From the NCBI RefSeq assembly GCF_009914755.1, contig NC_060931.1: a DNA stretch of 64,000 nt. One strand, 5' to 3'. A program made the position numbers and the translations under genes. Each line of letters opens with the position of its first letter. Within the stretch, counting starts at the first letter, position 1. The stretch is from the human T2T-CHM13v2.0 reference genome, Homo sapiens. The notes beneath the pieces were generated by a model. The model made no database searches. It had not been told where the DNA came from and worked only from the letters and a program-made list of their open reading frames with translations. This document shows, in pieces, positions 14,662-29,279 of this stretch.

Positions 14662-15844
14662 TGTCATTGTGCTTTAAGTGAATTTCTTGTAAACAACATA
14701 AAGTCAGTCTACTTTTTTTAACCTACTCTGCTCATATATATTTTTTAACTGGCATACTTAGACCATTTAAATTTAAGGTAATTCTTAAAATATGGCTTTG
14801 GTGTGTCACTTTATTGCTTATTATGTTGGTTTTCTTTTATTATCTGTTTCACATTTTAAAAAGTTCTTTTACTTTCCAATAGTTGCATAAATACATTTTA
14901 GCCGCTTGTTGACTTATGAAGAATGTTTTTTTAAGTCTGTTGCTTTGTATAATTTTCTTAGTGGTTGCTTTAAACTCTATAAATGAACTGCAATTTAGAT
15001 AGGTATTTTATTGTATCTGTGTAATTTAGCATAGCCTATTGTACCTATGTTTACAATTTCATATGAAGTGTAGAAAATTTACTTCCATTTAGTTCTCTTT
15101 ATCATCTGTATTTGTAAAACATAACTCTCTTGCATCTTTTCTTTACATATATAGAGACCCACATCAGATAGTAGTATAGTTTTTGATTTACCCATCAAAT
15201 ATAATTTAATAAATCATGAGAAAGATACATTTATTATATTTTTGCACCAATTTTTATACATTCTCATATTCTTCTTTCATTTCTGAAGATCTAAGAATTC
15301 TACTGTTACCATTGCATTCTGTTTGTTTAACTTGCTTTAGCCTTTCATTTAGGGTAGGTTTGCTAACTATAAATTCCCCTAAGTTTCCTTTGTCTGAGAA
15401 TGTATTTATTTCTTCTTAATGCCTGATAGGTACTGCAACTGAATATTGACTTTGTGCTTTACAATTTTGTTTCAGCATTTGAAAAATACTGTGCTACTTC
15501 CTTTTGGCTTCAATAGTTTAGATGAAAAATCAGTAGTCATACAAATTAATATTCCCCTATAAGTAATGCCTCATTTCTCTCTGAATACTTTCATGAGTTT
15601 CATTTGTCTACTTTATGCATATCAATTGTGATTTTTTAGTATGGACTTATTTAGGTTAATCCTATTCAGGGTATAGTCAACCTCTTGAACCTACAGATTT
15701 TTGTCATCTGCCAAATTGGGGATGTTTGCAAAATTTCTTTATATACTTTTAAAATAGTCTCATTTTCTTTCTCCTCGTTGAATTCTTATGATATGAATAT
15801 TAATTCTTTACAGGTTCCTGAGACTATTTTCCCCCTCTGTATTC

Positions 15845-16149
15845 TTTTTTTTTTTTTTTTTTTTTTGAGACAGAGTCTTGCTCTGTCGCCCAGGCTGGAG
15901 TGCAGTGGCACAATCTGGGCTCACTACAAGCTCCGCCTCCTGAGTTCACACCATTCTCTGGCCTCAGCCACCCGAGTAGCTGGGACTACAGGTGCCCACC
16001 ACCACGCCCAGCTAATTTTTTTTGTATTTTTAGTAGAGACGGGGTTTCACCATGTTAGCCAGGATGGTCTCCATCTCTTGACCTCATGATCTGCCCATCT
16101 CGGCCTCCCAAAGTGCTGGGATTACAGGCGTGTGCCAACGCACCTGGCT
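15845..16149 (-). mobile_element. Alu (AluY-like) with TSD
   Basis: Approximate TSD TTTCCCC(C)TCT; full dimer. Confidence 0.95.
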
Positions 16150-17399
16150 TTCCCCTCTATTTTCTTTGTGTTGTTCAATTTGAGTAAATTGTATTGATCT
16201 GTCCTCAAGTTTAATGACTCTCTTTTTTTGTCATTTCCACTCTACAATTAGCCCCATCTGTGAGGTTTTTTCATTATTTAAATTAAATTTTGGCTAGTAT
16301 ATAAGTTCCATTTTATTTATTTAATTTTTATAACTTCTATTTCTTTGCTGACATTTCATCTTTTTTTATTTGTTTCAAGAAGATTTGTAATTGATTACTT
16401 AACCATTGGCATGATGGCTTCTTTGAAATACTTTTGACATGGTTCCAATATGTCATCTTATTCTTGACATCCGTTGGCTATCTTTTCTCACTAAAGTTGT
16501 GGTTTCCTGATTCTTGATACAATGATAAATTTTATTCAATTTTATCCTGAACTTTTTGTATATGTTATAAAACTTTATAGTCTGTTGAATCTTTTAAACA
16601 TTTTTCTTAAAATTTTTTGACAAATAGTCCTCTACTGAGGTGTTGCCCAAGACTTTGAGGGTGGTGCTTTATGCTCATCTTTTACTGGGCTCCAGTGATG
16701 CCACCCAGGCAAAAATGGGGCTTTAATTAATGGCAGCTTTCAGTGGATGAGTGGGATGGAGGTTTAGCTCCCCTGCTTGTTTGCACTGATACCTTCATGG
16801 TAAATGTGGGACTCCAACTCTCACCACCTCTTTGCCTCTGAGTGGAGGTGTTATTAGATAAGGCCCCATGAGGGCAGGTGAGGGTAAAATTGGAATTTTG
16901 ACTAATCCAGCCTCCCACCACCCACTTTCTCCTCATTAATTTTGCATGAAGTTGGAGGCCCAGCTCCTATTGGTAAGTTAATTACTTTTTAAACTATAAA
17001 TAAACTGTAATTTAGGTCATTATAAATTACTTTGAACTTCAAAGTAAGTTATGGATTTTTCAATTGGCTGTAAATAAGTATAGTATGGCAATATGCACTT
17101 CCCAAGTTCAGCATTTCAAGATTGAATTACAAGTATTTTGAACTGAGGGATGAGGAGAAGTCGAAGTGAAAAACTTTTTATTGTCTGGTGTGCAGTAATC
17201 TCAGACAGTATCCATAATCCTCTGGATTGTGGGCCATAAAAAGAGAGTTGAAAGCTACTAATGGATAGTGATAGATATGTTGTTGTCATGACAATATGCT
17301 CTTGTCATATGCTGTGAAGAAAAGCTCATGATTTGGAAATTTTAATTGAACTAGATACTAAACTATATAATGGAAAAATGTCAAAATACTCTTAAAGGA

Positions 17400-18319
17400 T
17401 TAGAATTCCCCCCAACCCAAATAGTTCCAGGCAATCCATTAGTAAAACAATAAGGGGTGACACCACCTAAACAGAGAGTTAACCTGGGTCTTAGGAGTGG
17501 AAAGTCAACCATAGAGAATTTGTAAGGCTTTGGGCATCTGGGCTAAAGTGGTTTAAGACACGTATTTTGGTCCAGAGAATTAATAACTAGAACTCGAACA
17601 ATTTCATGATATAGTAGTTTAGGATTGTTGGGCACACTGAATTTGATAGTCCTATAGATAGTTTTTTTTAATAAACATAGAAACGGACACTTCTTAAGGC
17701 TTGAAACTTATATTTGTTTTATCTGAGTTCCTTCATCAGGAAACAACCTTCAGGACTCACAAAAAAGTATCAAAGAACTAAAAATCACCAGATCACTGCA
17801 CCAGATGCGGTGGGGGGTGGGGGGCCCTCATTTATCATGACTACTTCCTTGCCCTTCCCTAGTTCCTATTTTCTCATACTTTGTTACATTTCTTCCCTAC
17901 TATACAAACCCCTAGTTTTAGTCAATCAGGGAGATGGATTTGAGGCTGAGCGCCCATCTCCTTGGCTGTAGCACCAAATTAAAGCCACTTCCTTGGCAGT
18001 ACTTGTCTCAGTTACTGGTTTTCTGTGGGGCGAGCAGTAGGACAGAGACCAAACCCCTGGTGTTTTGGTAATGAATTGAGGGAGACTTGAAACGAGTTTA
18101 TGAAATAGACTGTTGTTTGATTTGTGAGTGGTTTACTCAGGTGGGTAAATTGTTTTGTCCAATAAATTTATCTACAGAAAATTTCTGAAGCAAATAATAA
18201 AGTTACTTATTTGTTTATCCTTTTCTTTCATAAACACATGCTTTCTGGAAAAAAATGTTGACATAAGTCTTATTATTCCTAGAACTCAGCCCTGTTGACA
18301 CAGATGGTCTCAGTTCTTA
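17400..18319 (-). mobile_element. Old ERV1-class LTR (MER110-like), 3' LTR of the ancient provirus, split by a younger LTR
   Basis: Minus strand begins TAAGAACTGAGACCATCTG, immediately preceded by PPT-like GAAAGGGAGCA. Family name is from recall and the left boundary is approximate. Confidence 0.5.
17645..18071 (+). mobile_element. Solo ERV LTR (LTR47-like)
   Basis: CTTGAAACTTATATTTGTTTTATCTGAGTTCC, TATA-like CTATACAAACCCC, ATTAAA poly(A) signal, end CCCCTGGTGTTTTGGTAA. Confidence 0.65.
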
Positions 18320-18401
18320 ATGCTCCCTTTCAGTCATTTTTCAGCTTATGTTGATTTATGAATTGTTGTCCCTGGAGACCTGATCAATTCATATCCATAC
18401 T

Positions 18402-18776
18402 TGTTATGAATAGAATTGTGCCCTCCACATTCCTATGTTGAAGCTTCAACTCCCAGTATGCCTATAATGGGAGACAGGACCTTTCAGGAGGTAATAAAGG
18501 CTAAGGGAAGTCATAAGGATGGGACTCTAATCCAATAGGTCCAATAGAAAAGGGAGAACCACCTGGGATCTCTGTCTCCCTTTCCACACATGCACAGAGA
18601 GGAGGCCCTGAGGATAAGAGGTCAGCCATCGACAAACCAGAAGAGAGGCCTCCCCTGTAACCAACCATCATGGCACCTTGCTTAAGTCAGGCTCCATAAT
18701 AGTAAGAAAATAATTTTCTGTTGTTTGAGACACCAAATCCATAGTATTTTGTTATGGCAGCCCTAACAGACAGCAC
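18402..18776 (+). mobile_element. MaLR LTR (MLT1A/B-like)
   Basis: TGTTATG...TATGTTGAAG...GTATTTTGTTATGGCAGCCCTAACAGAC. Confidence 0.85.
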
Positions 18777-20117
18777 TTTTGTTTGGAAAACCATTATGGT
18801 ATGTCTGGTTTCTAGTGGTGGCAATTTCAGCTGATATAAACACTAGATTTTCCTGTTGTTTTTGTTGAGTAATCATTTTTTCACTTACTTCACCAATCTA
18901 TGGTTGTACAACAGTATTTAAGAATCTGGATATCACACATAGATATAGTAACATCAACAAATACAAAAAGGAAGCAATAATCAGAGCTTTCTTCCACTTC
19001 CTATTTATAGGCCTGGAGTTTCCAAATTAAACAAATGGGCAAAAAAAAACAAAAGAAGATTCCATCCCCAATTCAAAAAGCTCAAAGAAACAAATATAGG
19101 AGTAATATACTAATTTTATAATTTTTGAATTTATTTTTTGAACTTTCTAGGAATATTAAATATCTTGAAAAAATTACTAACATTGTAAATACACATTTTC
19201 CCATTAAAAATGAAGAGTGATTCTTGATAGGTGTCTAGCAATCCTCTATTTTGAACAAATACCTATAAAATCTCATTAACTTCTCAGATGGTATTTCTAT
19301 GGCCCTACTCACATTGTGGTCTAACTTCTCTGCTAGCTAGGATTGTCTTGATTTTCTATGACTCTTACAGTGTCAAGTGATTTTTTAAAAAGTGGAGCAT
19401 CATCTGAAAATCTCCTTGAAAGGTTAAGTGTGTGGATCAAAATTAGGTCCAGTTTTTTTCCTTTCTTGCATCAATTTTTCCAGTGACTTTATTTTCCCAT
19501 AAGGAGGAAAGTGTAAGCTAAAATGTACCCTGAGTGATATCAGAAACCATCCCAAAGATACATATCAAGTTAGAAGTACAAAGATCTTATTTGTACTTTT
19601 GCACCACAAATTCAGATGTAACTTTTGCACCACAAATTCAGTAAAGTCATTGGGGCTCTTCAATGACCTCTCTTGGCAAAAATACCTCCATATCCACCAT
19701 GAAGTTTTAAAATTCTAATGTTAATAATTATGGTGTTACTCAAAGTTACCCAAGTGTCAGATGAGAGAACATAAAGTAGAAAAATGAAATAGATGAACAT
19801 AGATGAAAGTTTAGATTTTATAGTGAAGCAGAAGATTCACCTACATAGTGAGCATTCCTTGTAAGTTCTATACACATAGTCAAGTATTAAATATATGGTA
19901 TTTATTTTCTGTCCCCTTCTGACCCTTGCTCTTTCAAAGTCTCTTTGCAGAGTCTCATTTCTAGAAATGGTTTCTAAGCATTGCTTTGGAGGATCCAGAA
20001 ACCACTTTTCCTTAGATATGATGTTACAGGTAGCTTTAGATCTCTGGGTATCTGGCCTATGGTATTATCTGCCATATAAAAAGTGAATTAGTAATTAAAT
20101 TAAGCCCAATTACTGAT

Positions 20118-20635
20118 TGCGTTATTCAGGGTTCTCCAGAGAAACAGAATAAGTGGGATACATGTGGACACACACACACACAAACACATGGACACACACA
20201 GAGGAGAAGGTATTGGCCTACAGCATTATGTAAGCTATCAAGTCCCCGGATTGGCAGTCAGCAAGCTGGAGGCCCAGGAGACCTGAAGGTGTAGTTCCAG
20301 TCCAAAGGCTGGCAGGCTTGTGAACCAGAGCGAGGAAGAGTGGATGTTTCAGCTAAGAGTTCAGAGATAAAACCACTTCCCTGCCCAAAGGCAGTCAGGT
20401 AGAAAGAACTGCCTCTTTTTTTTCAAGGCAGAGTCAAATTTTTCGTTCCTTTCGGCCTTCAGTTCATCGGATGAGGCTCACCTCCATTAGGGAGGGCCAT
20501 CTGCTTTACTCGGCCTATTGATTTAAATATTAAATTCATCAAAATATCTTCACAGAAATATCCAGAATAATGTTTGATGAAATATTTAGTCAACCTGTGG
20601 CCTAGTCAATTTGACACAAAAAATTAACCATCACA
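20118..20635 (-). mobile_element. MLT2 (MLT2C/D-like) 3' LTR of ERV-L
   Basis: CAGGGTTCTCCAGAGAAACAGAA...AAATTAACCATCACA, with internal (CA)n. Confidence 0.85.
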
Positions 20636-22208
20636 AGTTCGCTACCCATCAACGTGACATGCATATGCATTTTTAAAACCATACTTAATATCCAACTGAA
20701 GAAAACACAAGGTTGTAATTCTACTTCACAGCACAAAACCTTTCTGCACACATCCCCAAACTCACTAACCCTTCTCCCAGAAGAAAAGGCAAAACACTTG
20801 CATGATGTTTACTCTTTATCTTGCTATCGTATAACTTAAATACTACTGCATAAAGTTAACAGTACTTAAATACTATGATATGAATTCAATACATCCTATG
20901 TCATATGATAAAGAAATATGATTGGAAAGAAAACAAAAACATTATATACACACACCTACATGTTTATAACAAAGTAAAGAGGAAATACTACTGATAATTA
21001 TTGCCCTAATTGCTGGAACTGGTCACATGGTATTTATAGCAACCTTTCATTCCATGACCCATTCTATATGACCTTTGCCTTCAGCAAGCACTTGATTTAG
21101 TCATGGTTCTTTTATCTGGGGATGTGACACAAGCCACATCTGAAGGATGTGGGCCAATAGTGCAAATGCCTAGATTGGGTTGCTGTAGTATTTTATTGAC
21201 CTTAATCACAAGGCATGCTCATACTAAGAGATACTCTTAGGGATGTCCTGCATTCCAGACATTCTGTTCCTTACTTCTATTGTGGAATAGGAGTCCATTG
21301 TGGAATTTTCCTTTGTCAGCATCATTTACCCCATCCAGCACTATAGCTCTCTTCTTTGCTACTTGGCTCAGAGGCACAAGGAACCCAAAGTGGCTGGGGA
21401 AGGTGTTAACTTCCAGCTCAATGGAATCACTGTTGCCTTTCCTGATGGAAACATTCCTCCCTTTGAAACTAAGATCTTGAAACCAATAGCAGAGCATAAG
21501 GTCTGTCCTCAGATAGAAACAGGAAGCAAAATTTTGCTAGTGGGACACTCAGGAAAATTGTGAGTGGTACCACTCCCATTTCTACCCCTTCATTACTGGA
21601 CCTGAGAATCCTGGAGAAACAACACCAGATATTGGAAGCTGATTGAGATCATATACGACCTTCTGGAGCTTGCTCCAGCCATGCAAGTTATTGCCACCTA
21701 AGTAGGGCAAACTAGCCAAAAGACTGTTCCACCCTTCTAGCAAACCAGCTGCTTCAGAATGGTGGGGAACATAGTAAGATCATTGAAATATGTAAGCATG
21801 TGCCTGTTGCCATACATCTTTTGCTGTGAAATGAGTTCCTTGATCAATAAGCAATGATATAGGGATACCATGACAATGGATAAAGCATTCCATAAGCCCA
21901 TGGCAAAAGCATTGCATGCAGGGAAGGAAAATCTGTATGCAGAGTGTCTATTTCAATAAGAAGAAAACACTGTCCCTTTCATGATGGAAATAGTCAAGTG
22001 TAGTCAACCTGCCACCAAATAGTGGGCTGCTCACCCTGGGGCATGGTGCTATATATGGGACTCAGTGTTGGTCTCTGCTGCTGGCAGATTGGGCACTCAG
22101 CATTGACCATATGCAGGTTGGCCTAGGTGAGTTAAAGTCTGAATTTCTGAGTTGATAAATACCTTCCATATCTGTCATCATGGTTACTTTATTCATGAGC
22201 TTATTCAG
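20636..22208 (-). mobile_element. ERV-L internal 3' part (dUTPase and integrase remnants)
   Basis: PSHFGFLVPLSQVAKKRAIVLDGVNDAD...GLLFHNRSKEQNVWNAGHP (21237-21497) matches the ERV-L dUTPase. Confidence 0.82.
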
Positions 22209-22209
22209 T

Positions 22210-22602
22210 GATTATTTGAATTGTTTCCCTTTACTCCATCAGTTTACATGTTGAAGCTCTAACTCAAATATGCCTGTATTTGGAGACAGGGCCTTTATGA
22301 GGCAATTAATGTTAAATGAGGTCATAAGTGTGGGGCCCTTATCTGAGAAGACTAATGTTCTTATAAGAGGAGACACCAGAGAGCATCTTCTTTCTTTCTC
22401 TCCTCACACCTGCTGTGGAAAAGCCAAGTGAGTACACAGTGAGAAGGTGGCTATTCACAAGCCAAGAAGAGAGCCCTCATCAGAAACTGCTGACCACAAC
22501 CTTGATCTTAGACTTTCCAACACCCAGAACTATGAGAAATACAACTCTTTAAGCTGCATAGTCCATGGTGTTTTGTTATGGCAACTCAAACCAACTAATA
22601 CA
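22210..22602 (+). mobile_element. MaLR LTR (MLT1A-like)
   Basis: GTATTTGGAGACAGGGCCTTT...TTAAATGAGGTCATAAG...TTTGTTATGGCAACTCAAACCAACTAATACA. Confidence 0.85.
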
Positions 22603-22700
22603 CTGATAAAGTCAAATATTTAATTATAAAGCACTGATAATATAAAAATTTTTTGGGCATTAGAGGAAAATGTGTCCACATGACTCATCTTAATTACTAA

Positions 22701-22768
22701 TTTCCTTCCTTCCTTCCTTCCTTCTCCTTCTTTTCTTTTCTTTTCTTCTTTCTTTCTTTCTTTCTTTC

Positions 22769-22832
<64 letters not shown>

Positions 22833-22863
22833 TCCTTCCTTCCTTCCTTCCTTCCTTCCTTCC

Positions 22864-22918
<55 letters not shown>

Positions 22919-23189
22919 GGTCTACAATGGCATGATCTCAGCTCACTGCAACTTCCACCTCCCGGGCTCAAGTAATCCTCCCACCTCAGCCTCCTGAGTA
23001 GCTGGGACCACAGGTGCATGCCGCCATGCCTGGCTAATGTTTGGGGATTTTTTTTTTTTTTTGTATTTTTCATAGAGACAGAGTTTCCCCATATCACCCA
23101 GGCTGGTCTCAATCTCCTGGACTCAAGTGATCTGCCCACCTCAGCCTCCCAAAGTGCTGAGATTACAGGAATGAGCCATCATGCCAAGC
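22701..23189 (-). mobile_element. Alu (AluJ-like) with ~220-bp compound TTCC/TTTC/TC microsatellite tail
   Basis: GGCTCAAGTAATCCTCCCACCTCAGCC; TSD CATCTTAATTA; 3' end of right arm partly lost. Confidence 0.9.
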
Positions 23190-24323
23190 ACATCTTAATT
23201 AGTTATTTTAACCAAACTGCAAGGAAATTGCAGTTAAATTTTGAACTCATACTAAGTAATAACTAAGAAGGGAAAAAACAATATGAAGGATAAAGATCTT
23301 GTAAGGATTACAGTTGAAACATAAAGTTTATTTGCAATCCAAAACCTTAATTCAGTAAAGATTAAAGAAAATAGCTAAGAAAATCAAGAACAAAAGCATG
23401 AAAAACAAAATACAGAAACAAACAAGAAAAACACAGATGACAATCTTTGGCTCTAGTTAGTTGTCTAGATCTTGTTCTATAGATTTTAGGGGGAAGCTGT
23501 TTGTGTCATGGAACCTCTTGACCTGAAGATATGTTGGAAGCTGTCTTTGTTTGAAGATTGTATGCTTCTGAAGTATTCTTAGACTTTTTAGTTATATATC
23601 CTTCCCTAACAACAACAACAACAACAAAATGGTACTCCCAGTGTTGAAGGTTATAACATCATATCTTTTTACCTTAGAGACATGAATCCAGGAAGGTACA
23701 CCTTCACATTTAATTACTGTACTAAGGATAAAAATAAACAAGGTCTTTTTCCACATGATTTCAGGGCAGAAGACTTCTTGAGAGGATGTAAAGGAAAGAC
23801 ATCTTGTGCTTATTGGTAATAATACTGATATGTTCTATCAGTTGGTTGCAGTGCTTTGCCATATCTGACTGAAATGAGGTGGAGTTGAAGATCAGGAGAG
23901 AAATATCTAACCTTACAGGATAACCTGAAACAAATTCATGCAGGCTGGAGTGTTGTTTCCAGGGTCCTGAGAGCGAGAAATTACACTCTTAGTTGACAAA
24001 GCCAGAGAGTTCTAGATCATCTTCTCATTCTGATCACTTGAGTTTTAAAATGACTTGGCTGTCTGTACTCCCCCTGAGGATTGAGGGTGATGGGGTCATA
24101 GCAGAAAACAGTTTCTGAGTAAGTGGCAAGGCTTTGAAAAGTTCTGTAATACTAGTGTCAGCCAAAAGAGTGGCTATATCACTAGATAGAGGTTGGAATC
24201 CCCATGTTAGAAATAAAATATAATTTTTTGTTATGTTTGTTTTTTCCCTGGTGTCACAGCTGTACCTCTTCAGCAAGGAAAAGCTTCTATCCACCTTGAG
24301 AATAAGCCAACAAGATAAACTGT

Positions 24324-24707
24324 TAAAGAAAACGTGGCACATATACACCATGGAATACTATGCAGCCATAAAAAAGAATGAGTTCATGTCCTTTGGACAT
24401 GGATGAAGCTGGAAACCATCATTCTCAGCAAACTAACACAGGAACGGAAAACCAAACACCACATGTTCTCACCTGTAAGTGGGAGTTAAACAATGAGAAC
24501 ACATGTACACAAGGAGGGGAACATCACACACCGGGGCCTGTCGGTGGGTGGGGGGCTAGGAGAGGGATAGCATTAGGAGAAATACCTAATATAAATGATG
24601 GGTTGATGGGTGCAGCAAACCACCATGGCATGTGTATACCTATGTAACAAACCTGCACATTCTGCACATGTATCCTAGAACTTAAAGTATAATTAAAAAA
24701 AAAAAAA
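24324..24707 (+). mobile_element. 5'-truncated L1PA (L1PA7-like) 3' end
   Basis: GGCACATATACACCATGGAATACTATGCAGCC...CCTAGAACTTAAAGTATAAT plus A-tail; inserted into the ERV integrase region. Confidence 0.93.
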
Positions 24708-25943
24708 GAATGAAGATCCATAGAAAGAAGAAATGTGGAAGTGTTCGTAGAGGCAACTGAGGCTCTTATTTACTTCCCACTTTCTTAGTTTTATCAAGTG
24801 CTAATGATAGATGAGCTTTGAGGCAGAGACATTTTCAGCAATCTTTGTAAAATGTTTCCATTAATATCAACAATAGTAGACAATTTGTCATTACTTGATT
24901 GGCATATTTCATGGGGAATCTTTGGCAAGTTTGATTTGGGATTCTCTGACACAAGCTAGTAGCTTTCAGGAAAGTTTCAGAAATTATTGTCAAATAGCTT
25001 TCAACCAAAAGTTCCAATAACTCTTCAGATTCCAGAGTCAATAACTGGTACTTTCTAATAACTTCTTGAACTTCAAATATCTGACTTCTTAATATATCAT
25101 GGGATCCTGGGGAGTTGGGTCAGGAGTTTCCTACTTGTAGAAGATAAACTAGGGCATTTTCTTTTACCTAAATGCTATCCTTTTTTGTCTAGGCTTTTAT
25201 GATAGTTACCATCTTAAAAAGCATTAGAACATTCCACAGTTCATTAATATGTTGACCATTTTTAATTTGTTTCTTGCTGAGGCTGAAAACTCTTGTTTCC
25301 ATAGCATTTCAAAACCCTGGACTGCTTCAAAGTCATACTTGTTATCTGTGTTTACTATAACTCTTTTATCTCTTCTCATTTGGCTGTCCTCTGTTGTGAG
25401 TGAAATAGGTTTTGCCATATGGGCAACTTTTACTCAGGTTGGGGCTATAATTTAGAAATGAATTGAAATCTGTTAAGGTTTATCTGCCCAAGAATTTTCC
25501 ATTTTAGTCTTAAGATATGACCTGTCAACAAGCATGATTAAATCTGGAATTTTTAATAGTTTTTTGAGATAGTCAATTCTCAGTTAGAGAAAAGAGTCAT
25601 AGATTTCCTTTCTTAGGGTAAAAGAAGAAGAGTATCACAATTTGAAGTGTTGTCACAATTGATAGAAATGTACTCAGAATAAAGTAATTCAATTCCTTAA
25701 GAGCTAAGCCTGAATACAGAAAAACGTGAACAAGGATCGCACAGCCTAAGGTACCAGCGTCAAAGACACTTTAAGTCAGTAGAGGTCTTCACTTACTTGG
25801 GTCTGGCTGCATAGACCTGGTGAGCAGGATTCCCTCTAGACCTAAAGAAAGGCTGAAGTAAGAATCTAGTCTATCAATATTCCTTTGAAAAAAGTCAGAA
25901 CACCAAAATTTGGCCCGGATCGCTCATGTACAAACAAGTGTAA

Positions 25944-26315
<372 letters not shown>

Positions 26316-27794
26316 ATGAAGACTTGATTTTAAGTCACCAAATACTCTCCATATTTAGGCTCTAGGGGGAGGTTAAATTCCCAGAAATTTGCAATGCCAT
26401 TCATATGTGGTGATTATAAATAAATTGGGTACCTGCTGGCTACAGTAGGCAGCAAAATCTAGAAAATCTCTAAATTGTCTCTTGATCAGCATTCAAGAAA
26501 AATTTTGAGTGGCTTATAATCTCTCAGGATGGAGGTATTTAATTCTTTGGAATTAATCATGGCCCATCTAATATATTTTTCCCCAAAAAATGTAAATTTT
26601 CCTTTGAAACAGTATTAAAACATGAGTAAATAGGAAGAGTCAATCTCAGTGGTCACTTTATTTTTGGAATATGATATTTCACCCATGTATAACTTAAAGG
26701 TAGAGTCACAGATAAATTTGAATTTAAGGTCCTGGTAGTCCTGGTTAGTAATCTTTGCCTCAGTGAGCCTCTGAGGCATCACTGTTCAGGTAAAGTGTTG
26801 AATTTTGTAGAAAAAGTCAAGTCCTGATTCTCTTGATCTAGAGCAACTGAAGAAAGCAGTCAAAAGATCTATAACAATAAAATATTCAGCCTTCGGTAGC
26901 ACTGAAGTTGAAATCATAAATTTTTTCCCCTACAGAACATCTCAAATTTCATGGAGATCTTAAATTGTCATTTAAATGGCAAAAATGCCATTGGTGGAGC
27001 ATTTCTTTTGGAGACTCCATCTACATAGTAAACCCCGAGCTATGAAGAGAGCAGCCATGGGACCACAGGAGCAAAGGTTCCCAGAGACAGTTCAGTGGTG
27101 ACAGTCAAGGGCTCTGAATGTAACATGGTGCAAGACTGGTGTAGCACTCTTAGTAATAAGAATTAAGGGTAAAATATGAAATTGAACTTTGTTTCCTGCT
27201 CAGAGGATAATAAACCTTCATTAATCATTACCTGCTTCATTTTTTTTTCTCTTTTTGTTTTTTAGCAGTATAGGACAATTGTTTTGCTAATGTTCTTTTT
27301 TATTTAGTTACAGTATTCACAGAATCAAGCATTTCTCTCCTCAGGTACTGAATGGCTTGGGTTGGAGCATCTAGTTGCTGTCTTTGTAAGGCCATTAGTA
27401 TATTGAGAAGTTTTTTGTTGTTATTTGATTGTTTTATGGCCTTTGTTGTAAAATCCTATGAAAGAGTTCTGTGAAGAGATTGGCAACAGGGCTGTTTTAT
27501 ATTTCTGTATATGTTTACATATTAAATACCCAATTTCTGACTTAAGGTCTTTCAATAAAAGTAAGAAAGAGCTGGGGTCACATTTGCTTCAGGATCTATT
27601 ATTAGATGTTGCTATAAAGTTGTGAAAGGCCCTATCCTTAAAGCCTCTAAAGCATTTGGATTAGTGCCCAGTCAATTTGTACAAGAAGACTTTGAAAGTA
27701 GCCTCCAAAATATTGGCCACTACCTACAGTTTTTCCAAATCTCTCTGACCTTCTTTGCAATTTCTCAGCATTTTCTCACTCAGATTTTCCATCC

Positions 27795-27910
27795 TTTTCT
27801 CTTTTTCTCTCTTTCTTTTTCTTTCTCCCTCCTTCCTTCCTTCCTTCCTTCCTTCCTTCCTTCCTTCCTTCCTTCCTTCCTTCCTTATTTCTCTCTCTCT
27901 CTCTTTCTTG
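27795..27910. repeat. (TTCC)n/TC-rich microsatellite
   Basis: Run of CCTT units. Confidence 0.9.
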
Positions 27911-28421
27911 CCTAGTGATATCTAAAATCATCTCTGGTAGCCAGAGATTATATGTGATTATATATGTCAGCCCAGGGTGAGACCAGGGCTGAAAAACTCC
28001 CTGAGGGACTTGGCCTGTTATAAAGGGATTTAAATATAAGGACCAATTAAACTTTAGGGATTCCCAGCTGTGTTGAAAGGAGGAAATGGATTGGAAAAAA
28101 GGTAGAGACAGAGGAAAAGTGATACAGATAAGACTGAGGAGGATGGATAGTAGGCTAAAGACCACTAATTTCAACTTGTCATTTGGCCTAATCCAAAAAA
28201 AAATTTAAAATATTTTACATCTTTATTTTACTTAAATAATTTTATAAGAAAGTGATTTTGGTATCTGAATTTCATTTGGGAGTTTCCTCATTTCAATAAA
28301 AATAATGCAGATTAATGAATGTAATTTTATTCCCATTCTGTCCTAAAAGACCTCTCCTCTGAACAATTTTATTTTTATCAAAAGTTTTCCTGAGTAGCAC
28401 TGTGATATTTAAAATTTTCTT

Positions 28422-28735
28422 GGCCAGGCACTATGGCTCATGTCTATAAACTCAGCACTTTGGGAGGCTGAGGTGGACAGATCACCTGAGTTCAGGAGTT
28501 TGAGACCAACCTGGGCAACATATGTCTCTACAAAAAAATAGAAAAGTTAGCTGTGCATGGTGGTGCACTCCTGTAGTCCCAGCTACTCAGGAGGCTAAAA
28601 TGGGAGGATCACTTGAGCCTAGGAGGTGGAGGTTGCAATGAGCCATGACTGTGTCACTTCACTCCAGCCTGGCCAGCAGAATGAGACCCTGTCTCAAAAA
28701 AAAAAAAAAAAAAAAGAGAGAAAAAAAAGAGAAAA
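28422..28735 (+). mobile_element. Alu (AluJ-like)
   Basis: GGGAGGATCACTTGAGCCTAGG, GAGACCCTGTCTC plus A-tail; small internal deletion; TSD about AAAATT(TT)CTT. Confidence 0.92.
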
Positions 28736-29279
28736 TTCTTGGTGTATCAAAGTTATTTGAAAAGATAGTAACCTAAATTCAAATTATGGTATAAATTCAT
28801 GTAAGAGACAGGGATTCAGCCCAAAGGAGTTATGGGTTTAGTTAGGTTTAGACTAAGAAAACCTGTAATAATGTTGTTAACAGTTTGAGGAAAACATTGT
28901 TGGTGTATCTTGGTTTCAGACCCCCATCTATCATCTGCTTCCACCAATCACAGAAGCAACACACTGATTTTCAGTAGATGGAAACTCAGCGAGGTGGTAG
29001 GACTCGGGACTGGGAGCTCACAGACAACACACAGTGCCTTCATAAGGTGTTGGTAACTGACCCAATCAAAGTTAGTCGAAAGGACACCAACTAGGGAGGA
29101 ACTTTATGCACACCTCAGGCTCTCAGCCAATTACAGAAACAGAAATATTGGGAACAATGTCCACCTCTTCCCCAAGGACACACACCTACAAACTGACAGC
29201 AGAAAATGATTAGGATAGACATGAGCAATTTTCCCTGGGGTGGGGCTGGGATGTCTCACAGCTTGCTTCCTCATGTCCA

